Source of the DNA: Microcystis aeruginosa NIES-843
GTDB taxonomy: Bacteria > Cyanobacteriota > Cyanobacteriia > Cyanobacteriales > Microcystaceae
Length of the DNA: 32,000 nt
Direction: 5' to 3'
Assembly: GCF_000010625.1 (NCBI RefSeq)
Contig: NC_010296.1
Span: 4,350,001 to 4,382,000, forward strand
Shown here piece after piece: positions 19,952 to 28,691 of this stretch (its first letter is position 1; each line of letters opens with the position of its first letter). The notes beneath the pieces were generated by a model. That model did no database searches. It was given only the letters and a program-made list of their open reading frames with translations, and had not been told where the DNA came from. A program made the translations under genes and the position numbers.

Positions 19952-20735
19952 ATACTTTGAAACCAGATATAAGCAAATTTTTGAACAAGTTTTTCCTCAC
20001 ATTAAAAGACAGGAAGTAGGTACTTTAAGTTCTGTCATTTATTTGATTTTAGATACAAGCCAAGCCCAGGAACTTTGTCAAGAATATGGTATTAAAAAAA
20101 ATGCTTCTTTAGATGATGATTTAGATTTATCTGATGATATTATATATACAATTTCTATCAATAAACAAAAACCTGTTAAAGAATCCCCTATCCTTAAAAC
20201 GGGGGGAGAAATTTTTAAAAATGTCTCCAGACCATTTCGCAAATCCCTAGATGATAATGAGGACAAAATGGAATTAATTGTACTCGCTGCTGTTATCTTA
20301 ATCGGAATATATTCTACTCAAAAATTGTTAAGGAAGTCCCACGAACAAAACACACGTCCTCCTGTACCTCCTAGCCAACCTATTCCTACAGCGATTTGTC
20401 TAGCTGTTCCTGCATCAGCAGTTTATGACTTAATTGTAGGAATGCGGATAAATAGAGAGAAAATCATTCAACTAATTGAATCTGCTCCAGAGTTTTTATG
20501 TATTAAAGTAGAAGAAGCAAACAAAAAAATTATAGATACAATTAAGCAAGAAATTTCACCAGACAGTCAACTTAAATTTTATATTAGGATTGACATACCC
20601 AATGGACAAGATATCATTGGTGCAGAAACTAAATATGTTATTAAAAGGGATATACCCAAGGAGACAAAGGGTGAAGTTAAAGATCTAGGTCGCTTGAAAG
20701 ATGCGTCTGTTCTCAGAAAATTCAACCGTATTTAA
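19941..20735 (+). CDS. single-pass membrane protein of unknown function (middle gene of the operon)
   Basis: GTG at 19941 lies 9 nt after AAGGAGG (19925-19931). The track start TTG at 19920 is also in frame. A hydrophobic helix MELIVLAAVILIGIYST (20268-20318) is followed by the Pro-rich TRPPVPPSQPIP. No family recognised. Confidence 0.65.
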   Translation: MVVEYFETRYKQIFEQVFPHIKRQEVGTLSSVIYLILDTSQAQELCQEYGIKKNASLDDDLDLSDDIIYTISINKQKPVKESPILKTGGEIFKNVSRPFRKSLDDNEDKMELIVLAAVILIGIYSTQKLLRKSHEQNTRPPVPPSQPIPTAICLAVPASAVYDLIVGMRINREKIIQLIESAPEFLCIKVEEANKKIIDTIKQEISPDSQLKFYIRIDIPNGQDIIGAETKYVIKRDIPKETKGEVKDLGRLKDASVLRKFNRI

Positions 20736-20747
20736 GGAGTTAATGTA

Positions 20748-23054
20748 ATGGATTGGAAATCGGCCTCATCCTACTATGAAACCCGTCTCAGTGATGTCTT
20801 AAATATCCAACATTTTGCCGTTGACTTAGCCAAACTTCCCCAAGCTGAAGTTCCCTCTAAATTAACAGAAATCCTCCTGCAAGAGGCAATACCTGCTAAC
20901 CGTCAACTCGAAAGACTGAGAAAAAGAGAATTTCGTATTGCTGTGGTTGGCTTAGAAAAGGCAGGAAAAAGTACCTTTATTAACGCATGGTTAGAATGTG
21001 ATTTACTTCCTGCCAAAGGAGGAAGATGTACCTTTACCACCACTCAAATTTATTCCGTTAAAAGCGAATCTGAACAAAGATTAGAAGTGCAAACCCGCAG
21101 CGAAGAACAATTTATTCATCTCCTCAAAGAATTAGAAACCGTTGGCGCAAAAGAAGACTTAAAAACCATTAGAGAAAACGAAATCACTCTACAACAAGTC
21201 AGAAAGGAAGGTAATTTAGTTATTCCTTTTACTCGACTAGAAGACATCCGAGAACAACTAAAAAAATACGTTGCCGATGAAAAATACGCCCATGCAGTCC
21301 TAGAAGCCCGACTTTATACTAATAAACTCGCTCAAGCAGAAGGAATCGTCTTTTATGATGTCCCTGGTTCAGATTCTGGGTTAGCCAAGCACGTTGATGA
21401 AGCCCAACAAATGTTATCCGACTGTGATGCAGTCATCGTGATTCAGCGTTTTCGCAGTATTAGAGAAGCCGAATTAGAAATTATTAAATTTACAGAACAA
21501 GGTGATAAGAATGTCACCATTGCTGATAAATTATTTGTCTTTTTAAGTCATATTGACTCTCTTGGTAGCCCAGAAGCCCTTAAAACTCATATTACAGAAG
21601 CCTCTCAGGATTGGTTAAAACGCGCTAATTTACCGGTTAATCGCATTGTTTCTGGTTCAGCAGGAGCTTATTTAATCTTAAATAATCTGGCGGAAGAACC
21701 TACTCAATTAGAAATCGGACAAGCCAGCAATATTCAAGATAAATTAAAAACTTTAACTGGAATTATAGATGATGAAATGTTAAAAACTCAAGCTACAGGA
21801 ATCCCTGAAATTAAACAAAAAATCTTTAATTATATTAATACTGAGCGAGTGGCAATTCTCAAGAAACGCTGTGAAGCTTCCATTGATAAAATTGTCAGCA
21901 CCTCAGAGGACATTCATCATCTTGTCAGTCAAAGATTTCCCGAAAATCCTGAAGAAGCACAACGCTTTGAAGAAGAAAGAAGAAGAATTGATTTTTCAGA
22001 ATGGTGGCATAGAAAATGGGAACAGATAAAAGCTGATTTACAAAATTTTTATGAAACATCTGTCATTAACAAACCCTTAGAAAAAGTTAATAACGAATCT
22101 TCCAGTAGTCTCGAAAAATTTAAAGAACGCTATAGGCAATTGTTAGCCAGTGAAATGGCAAAATTAAGACAAGAAACTTTAAGAAAAAAAGAAATTATTT
22201 TTGACGCAAATTCTTTTCCAGACTTCGACAAAGTAAGAGCTAATTATGCTTGGCGGGATGACTTGTATGGGGATGTTAGAACATTTTTGGCTGCCCTTGC
22301 TCGACAATTAGCGGCAGAATTAAAAGATGAAGCCTTAAAATTAGTCGATTATATGTCCTCTTTATTATGGGGAAGTTCTCAAGTAAAAGAACGACTTATT
22401 GGTTATTCAGAGCAGGAGTTTTTAACTCGCTTAGAAAATAGTTTATCAGTGTTATTTTTAAGATTTGCTCGTCCCGTTGCTGAAGCATTAATTCGCGGAC
22501 CGGTTAACAGTGATACCCGCAGCCAAATTGTCAAATCCTTAGGGGCTGATGTGGAACTGATTGATAACTATTATCAAGGAGATGAACCTGCTTTTAGGGT
22601 CTTAAAAAAATACGTTAAATATGGTTCTGATTTACTCTTTAACCCTAGTCTTCGTCAACAGGTGTTAGGTGTAACAGAAATTGCCAAAAACGTTATCGGA
22701 ATGACGGTAGATACAGTTATCGATTTAGCCGACCAATTAACCCCACCCAGAGAGGTTGTTACCTTTGAAGTAACTAATGATATTAACGCTTTTGAAGAAT
22801 ATCTACGCAATGGTATTTTTGAAGCTGCAGGATTTGAGTCCTACTGTATTCAAGAATTAAGAGGATTAGTGGATATTTTTCGAGAAAAAGAAGGAACATG
22901 GGCAGGTGTCGCTCAAAACGAATGGTATAAAGAGAATCCTCAGCTTGTAGCAGAATTACCCGCTAATTTGCAATCTCAAGAATTTAATTTAGAAGTTAGT
23001 GAACGACTGAGACAATTAGCAATTGCCTTGAAAAGAAATAGTTCCTCTCAGTAG
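20748..23054 (+). CDS. dynamin-like GTPase B (divergent G4)
   Basis: 768 aa with G1 GLEKAGKST, G3 DVPG, and SHID where NKxD is expected. AAGGAG lies 8 nt upstream of the ATG. Confidence 0.8.
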   Translation: MDWKSASSYYETRLSDVLNIQHFAVDLAKLPQAEVPSKLTEILLQEAIPANRQLERLRKREFRIAVVGLEKAGKSTFINAWLECDLLPAKGGRCTFTTTQIYSVKSESEQRLEVQTRSEEQFIHLLKELETVGAKEDLKTIRENEITLQQVRKEGNLVIPFTRLEDIREQLKKYVADEKYAHAVLEARLYTNKLAQAEGIVFYDVPGSDSGLAKHVDEAQQMLSDCDAVIVIQRFRSIREAELEIIKFTEQGDKNVTIADKLFVFLSHIDSLGSPEALKTHITEASQDWLKRANLPVNRIVSGSAGAYLILNNLAEEPTQLEIGQASNIQDKLKTLTGIIDDEMLKTQATGIPEIKQKIFNYINTERVAILKKRCEASIDKIVSTSEDIHHLVSQRFPENPEEAQRFEEERRRIDFSEWWHRKWEQIKADLQNFYETSVINKPLEKVNNESSSSLEKFKERYRQLLASEMAKLRQETLRKKEIIFDANSFPDFDKVRANYAWRDDLYGDVRTFLAALARQLAAELKDEALKLVDYMSSLLWGSSQVKERLIGYSEQEFLTRLENSLSVLFLRFARPVAEALIRGPVNSDTRSQIVKSLGADVELIDNYYQGDEPAFRVLKKYVKYGSDLLFNPSLRQQVLGVTEIAKNVIGMTVDTVIDLADQLTPPREVVTFEVTNDINAFEEYLRNGIFEAAGFESYCIQELRGLVDIFREKEGTWAGVAQNEWYKENPQLVAELPANLQSQEFNLEVSERLRQLAIALKRNSSSQ

Positions 23055-23968
23055 CGTTAGCTATAGCAAAGCACCGCTATTATTGCGACGATGGCGGTGA
23101 ATTACGGTGATTTGGGGATGTGTATTAAGCTTCGCTAATCTCTACTTATACCTGAACTTTTCTATACATATTATATACCACCATAACCAAAAAACCTTAT
23201 CCATCAATGGATACACCCATTAACTTTTCTGTATGTACCCATGTTTATTATAATATTTTTTAATATAGCAATTTCCATAGTTGTGAGGTACAGAGTCTTA
23301 GGTTTTGAGAATCTGGTCGTCAGGAGTTAAGATTTTGGTGTACCTCATGAGATTGGGAAACGCTATAAACAAGTGGGGAAAGTTTAGGGGAAAATTCCCT
23401 AATCGTAATTCTCCTCGGCAACAATCATGCGTTAGATTTATTCGGGGTTTCCTTAATTTGTACCCAGTAACGGCACATTCAGATACAGCACGGGTTATGG
23501 TCTTTTGTCAAGGGGGAAGTCCAATAATTAAATCTCTACCTTTTAAAATACAAATGGACTATTAAAAGTAAATCCGTAGTCAATTACTCATAACTTCGGT
23601 GGCCGCTCGTAACTGTTAAGGTGATTGTCCAAAGACCATATATAGACGCGGCGGACTGGATTTTGATCACAAATTCTTTGCCAATCATGAATGATAGAAA
23701 GGTCTCCCAGTCCCCTACCTCCCATCGCTTCATCAGGAAACTCTTTTAACCATCCTTGCAGGTCTTCTTTCTTTAGAAAATTAATAGGGGTGAAGGGAGA
23801 TTTTCCTTCAAGAGCTTGTGTTACCTGATTTACAAATTTTTCTGCACAAGTACGTCGCTGATTGCCATCTCCATTTTGGGCAATATGATTGCCAGTTTCC
23901 AGAATGGTCGCCATTGGCAAAAAAAGAGATTCCCCAGCTTTGATTTTCTCTTTTAACTCTTGAAGTAT

Positions 23969-25390
23969 GGCTCTTCGGGAATTGTTATGCAAATAATTAA
24001 CTTAAAATAAAATTCGATGAGAGTGCCTACGCTCAAAAGTAGCTGAAATCCATATAGGGAAGGACTTAAGGCATCAACAGGTTAATACCAAAAGATAGAC
24101 AATCGAGTTAAGATTTGATATAATAGCCAAAAACCAGAGTATTTTACTTATGATACTTGACAAATTTTTGAACCTAGAAGGAACCTGTATTCAAGGCTAT
24201 CGACACCTAGAAAATATCGGTATAGTTTTCCGAATCGAATCGAAAAATAAAAAAGCAACCTGTCCTCGTTGTGGCTTAGAAAGCGATAAACTCCACCAAA
24301 ATCATCGACATTTAGTCAAAGATTTACCAATCTCAGGACAACCAGTGTACCTACAGGTTAATCGTCGTCAATTTAAGTGCGATAATTGTCGAAAACCCTT
24401 TAGCGAAGAGTTAGATTTTGTCGCCAAGAAACGAACCTATACGAAAAGACTAGCCGAGAATATACTCGAACAATTAAAAGAAGGAGATATTTTAAATGTT
24501 AGTCGAATAAATGACGTAACGGAAGAAGAGATTCAAAGAATGATAGAGGACATCGCCGAAGAAATTACAGAGCCAGACCTATCGGAATTAAAAAGACTAG
24601 GAATTGATGAAATCGCTCTAGTCAAAGGACAAAAAAATTACTGTGCGGTTTTAGTAAATTTAGATACGGGAAAACTAATAGCTATTCTAGAGAAGCGAAC
24701 ACAAGAGGAGTTGAGGGAAACGCTTACTGGGTGGGGAAAAGAGGTGTTAGAGCAAATTGAAGAAGTGAGCATAGACCTTTGGTTGCCCTATAAAAATTTG
24801 GTGAAAGAATTGATGCCATCGGCCGAGGTAGTCGCCGATAGATTCCATGTAATGAAACAAATTAATCAAGAGTTAGACGAACAGAGAAGAGCGGAAAAAA
24901 GAGCCGTAGAAGCGCAGAAAAATAAAAAACAGAAAGCGGAAAAAGAAGCGAAGCTAGAAGTTTTAAAGCGAAGTAAATATAGCCTGTTAAAAAATGAAGA
25001 AGATTTAACGGAACCCCAAAAAATTCAACTAGAAGCTATCAAAGAAAAATTCCCAAATTTGAAAAAGATGCAGGAATTAAAGGAAGAATTCAGAAAGATT
25101 TATGAAACCTCAGAGAATCCGACAGAGGGAATGCTATCCATCTCGGAATGGTTGGCAAAATCCTCCAGTGTTTTTACCAAGAGTTGTCAAACAATCCGAA
25201 ACTGGTTTGGAGAAATCATTAGTTATTTTGAGCGAAGGACAACGAATGGGGTGGTCGAGGGAATCAACAATAAACTTAAACTAATAAAACGGAGAGGCTA
25301 TGGCTTGAGAAACTTTCGGAATTTTTGGGTTAGAAGTATGTTATCTTGGCATCTTGTATGTTGATTTAGCATAAAGGGTAACGAAGAGCC
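23969..25390 (+). mobile_element. ISL3-family insertion sequence, complete
   Basis: IRs are GGCTCTTCGGGAATTGTTATGC (left) and GCATAAAGGGTAACGAAGAGCC (right). The 8-bp TSD TGAAGTAT lies at 23961-23968 and 25391-25398. Confidence 0.9.
24150..25364 (+). CDS. ISL3-family transposase
   Basis: Intact 404 aa with an N-terminal zinc finger (CPRCG...CDNC) and a TNGVVEGINNKLKLIKRRGYG tail. Confidence 0.9.
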   Translation: MILDKFLNLEGTCIQGYRHLENIGIVFRIESKNKKATCPRCGLESDKLHQNHRHLVKDLPISGQPVYLQVNRRQFKCDNCRKPFSEELDFVAKKRTYTKRLAENILEQLKEGDILNVSRINDVTEEEIQRMIEDIAEEITEPDLSELKRLGIDEIALVKGQKNYCAVLVNLDTGKLIAILEKRTQEELRETLTGWGKEVLEQIEEVSIDLWLPYKNLVKELMPSAEVVADRFHVMKQINQELDEQRRAEKRAVEAQKNKKQKAEKEAKLEVLKRSKYSLLKNEEDLTEPQKIQLEAIKEKFPNLKKMQELKEEFRKIYETSENPTEGMLSISEWLAKSSSVFTKSCQTIRNWFGEIISYFERRTTNGVVEGINNKLKLIKRRGYGLRNFRNFWVRSMLSWHLVC

Positions 25391-25632
25391 TGAAGTATTA
25401 ACTCAGATTGACTCGCCTTTTGGGGGACATTAAGTATCTCTAAAAAGATCGAGTATCGATTAGACAAATAGCTCCCATCAGGCTACTTCTCCCTGTTTTA
25501 ATTGCTCTAACCAACTTAGCGCGTTTTGTTGACGTTGTTCTGCTGTGGACTTATCCTTTAAGAACTTATCTAATACTTGTTTAGTCATCAACTGACCAAG
25601 AGTTCCCTGCACAATTAATTCGGGGAAACGCT

Positions 25633-25819
25633 GGCTCTTCGGTAATTGTTATGCAATGGACGGGGGTTATAAGGGATGGAACCCTTATATAGAAAGGCGT
25701 TTAGCGATTTTTGTCAATTGTTTTTGATCTAAAGCGAACTCATCAATTAAGTCTTTTGCCAGATAAGGATTTAGTCAATTTATGCCCCCCTATCGAACCA
25801 TACCAAGTAACGAAGAGCC
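25633..25819 (+). mobile_element. ISL3-derived MITE, copy 2
   Basis: Termini GGCTCTTCGGTAATTGTTATGCAA...GTAACGAAGAGCC, with the 8-bp TSD GAAACGCT at 25625-25632 and 25820-25827. Confidence 0.85.
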
Positions 25820-26411
25820 GAAACGCTCTAAATCAGCTAATCGGACAATACGACTAAGCTAAACGGCTTTTACTTCGGATCACCGATATAGACTCCAAAA
25901 GGGTTATAGCTGTTGGATCATGCAGGTTAAGCGCCGTTTAGCTTATCTCCTGCTTGCGGATCTCGGTAACAACAAAGTACATTTCCAATATCACTATCGG
26001 GTAAGTACCTAGGCAAAATTAATTACATACTCGCCTCCAAAATTGTCCAGCACTTTTTTAACGTAAGCGAGGAGGCTCTTTCGGTCTTTATAGGCGCTAA
26101 ATTCAATCCATTCATATTTTAAAAATCTCCATAATATTTCAATTAAATTTAAATGAGGTGAATAAGTGGGCAACCAAAATATTTTCAAGTTTTTCTTTTC
26201 CCATTCCTCAAGTTTCTCCATAAATGCCTCGCTGGTATGAATGGAAGCTTGGTCAATTATTATGACAGTTTTTTTCTGTATATTTTGGCAATATTTATCC
26301 AGAAAATTAATAACTATCTCGCTAGTAACCGTTCCGACCTGTGTCTCATAAAATAATTGATTATCTCGTTTCATTATTCCTAAAATATTTAGTCTTTTAC
26401 CTTCAATTGGT

Positions 26412-27676
26412 GGGGAGCATCTCACTTGTGCAATGAGTATTAATGCTTATAGCCGTCAAAAACTAGAAAATCTCGAACTTTATCACAAAGAGAAATGAGA
26501 TTATAATAGTTATAACTTACGATTCAGAATATATCTCGATGGGAGGAACAATCCAATGTTATCAGAAAATGAAAAAAGAATTCAAGAGTTATCCCGAGAG
26601 TTGGGAGCGTGTCTCTATGAGCAATCCCAAATTAAGAAATTTAATAACTTGGGAGAAATAGAGGAGACGGTCAGAGATTTAATGATTCAGTATGTTAACC
26701 CAGAAATCGGTATTTTTTTATCAAAACAAGTACAGAAGAAACCGCCGGTCGGACGAGAAAAGTGAAAAGTATTTTGGGGGAATTACCAATTACAGAAAAA
26801 CAAGCGAAGAAGTTAGAAGTAAAGCCGAGAACTCAGATGAGTCCAATGTTAGAGAAGAACTGTTTGCTATTAAGTGGCGATGAATCCTATGAGAAATCGG
26901 AGCAGAAAATCAAATCATTGACAGGAATTGCTGTTTCTCACAGTACCCAACAACGCCTCGTACATCGCTATCATTTTGAAGAATTACCGTCTAACCTAGA
27001 AGTCGAAGTCGAAGAAATGAGCATAGATGGCGGTAAGGTACAACTGAGAACTCCCAAGGGAGAAGCCTTAATTTGGCGTGATTATAAAGCAGTGAGTTTT
27101 CATCAACTGGGGGTAGCGGCTTTTTTTCAAGATAACTCGGCTTTATTAGATTTGGTTAATTCTCAAGTTTTGGTTAAACCTTTAATTTGTTTAGGAGATG
27201 GACATGATGGTATCTGGAATTTATTTCGTCAGATAGGAGAGAAACATGAAAGAATTGAAATTTTGGATTGGTATCATTTAATCGAAAACCTCTATAAAGT
27301 TGGCGGGTCATTCCAGCGAATTGAGGAGGTAAAATGTTTTCTATGGAAGGGGGAAGTGGATGCTGCTATCTCTTGTGCGCGAAGGATGGTCAGAGCCTCA
27401 AGTTGAGAATTTTATTACTTATTTGAACAAGCATAAACATCGAATTGTCAATTATGGTTATTTTCAAGAAGAGGGGATTTCCATTGGTTCTGGCTCTGTG
27501 GAATCTCAGGTGAAACAAATTAGTTTTCGTGTTAAAATTGCCGGTGCAAGTTGGAATTCTGGCAATGTACCGCAAGTCCTTCGTCATCGCTGTGCCTATC
27601 TGAATGGTTCTCTTTTTTAACTTTTTTATTTACCTCATTAAGCATAAATGCTTAATGCAAAGGTGAGATGCTCCCC
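26412..27676 (+). mobile_element. ISKra4-like insertion sequence (family tentative) nested in the IS630 gene
   Basis: 21-bp IRs GGGGAGCATCTCACTTGTGCA / GGGGAGCATCTCACCTTTGCA, with the 7-bp TSD AATTGGT at 26405-26411 and 27677-27683. Confidence 0.75.
26556..27620 (+). pseudogene. DDE transposase of the nested IS, in three frames
   Basis: The pieces are 26556-26765, 26762-27406 and 27360-27620. The first shift sits at the T7 run 26713-26719; one extra T would give GIFFIKTSTEETAGRTRKVKSILGELPITEKQ. The second shift lies near 27365-27385. Confidence 0.7.
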
Positions 27677-28188
27677 AATTGGTGGTAACTTTATCGTGGT
27701 TTTTTCTTCTTGCCAAGCGTCAGGAATACAAGGCTTTGAATCCCCTCCCATTTCATCCAAATATCCTATCTCAATCTCTCCTCTTTTTTCCTGTTTTTTT
27801 AGTTCTTCTAAAATAGGTAGTTTGACCTCAAGCTCCCACTCATCAGGGGTTTTGGCGACCCCTCTTCTCACCCTTTTCCACCTCATGTTGATTTTTTTTA
27901 TGAGTCTTTTTATCGTGTCTTTGCTTACGGTTAATTTCCCTTCTTCTACAATTTTTATCTGGATTTTTTTTAAGCTTTTCGGTTCTTCTTTTACCCAGTC
28001 AATAACTTGTTGACCTTGTGCTTCTGTCAATTTAGGTTTTCTCCCTCTTCCTCGACGATTATAAAAACCAATTAGTTTTCTATCTTCCCAGGCCGTCAAC
28101 CAATTATAGATGGTCTTTCTCGTAACTCCAAATATTCCGCTCAATTCTTCTATCGTGGTTCCCTGAAAACTTAAGAGTATACATTTCG

Positions 28189-28375
28189 GGTTCTTCGTTA
28201 CTTGGTATGGTTCGATAGGGGGTCATAAATCGACTAAATCCTTATCTGGTAAGAGACTTAATTGATTAGTTCGCTCTAGATCAAAAATAATTGACAAAAA
28301 TCGCTAAATGCCTTTCTATATAAGGGTTCCATCCCTTATAACCCCCGTCCATTGCATAACAATTACCGAAGAGCC
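28189..28375 (-). mobile_element. ISL3-derived MITE, copy 3 (inverted)
   Basis: The reverse complement is nearly identical to copy 2. It is flanked by ACATTTC(G) at 28182-28189 and 28376-28383. Confidence 0.85.
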
Positions 28376-28691
28376 ACATTTCGCTCGCTCTCTTACTTGA
28401 TGATGTTTACTAGCTCGATAAATTCTCTCTAGCATTTTCTGGCTCTCGGGGTTTAGGTCTCTAATCAATCTCATTGTATTTTCCTGCTGCTTCGTTTTTT
28501 TATGTATTATACTTCTTAATTTTTTATTTGGGTAATTAATTTTGCATGACTACTTACTGCATCTAGTAACGCTGGGTTATGGGAGGTGATCAGTACCCTC
28601 AGTTTTCTTTCTAAGGCGATCTCCCGAATTTGCTTAACTAAATTATCTGCACGACTGGGATGAACACCATTATCGATCTCTTCAATAATTA

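Larger units (their letters stand above)
23588..25478 (-). pseudogene. PIN-like nuclease gene interrupted by ISL3 and a homopolymer frameshift (reconstruction tentative)
   Basis: The C-terminal 126 aa (23588-23968) run straight into the ISL3 end. Across the IS the frame continues SIFLEILNVPQKASQSEL. ATG at 25478 gives MGAICLIDTRSF, which joins that frame if the A5 run at 25442-25446 were A6. Confidence 0.4.
26009..28474 (-). pseudogene. IS630-family transposase gene interrupted twice
   Basis: Removing the IS at 26412-27676 and the MITE at 28189-28375 (plus one TSD copy each) gives one continuous frame: MRLIRDLNPESQKMLERIYRASKHHQVRERAKC|ILLSFQGTTIEELSGIFGV...KLPPI|EGKRLNILG...WLPTYSPHLNLIE. 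Confidence 0.85.

Noticed and set aside
23305-23565. 86-aa ORF downstream of the dynamin-like operon.
   Set aside because: It has a TTG start, no Shine-Dalgarno sequence, an odd composition and no recognisable motif. It is treated as non-coding.
25828-26008. Minus-strand coding-like fragments (YPIVILEMYFVVTEIRKQEIS, TALNLHDPTAITLLESISVIRSKSRLA) between MITE copy 2 and the IS630 gene, as a remnant of the ATPase partner gene.
   Set aside because: There are stops in every frame, no recognisable motif, and no way to assemble a single frame by eye. It is noted only as possibly decayed coding DNA.
26757-26770. Tandem GAAAAGT-GAAAAGT duplication as the cause of the first transposase frameshift.
   Set aside because: Removing one copy does not join the two coding frames. 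The T7 tract at 26713-26719 does.
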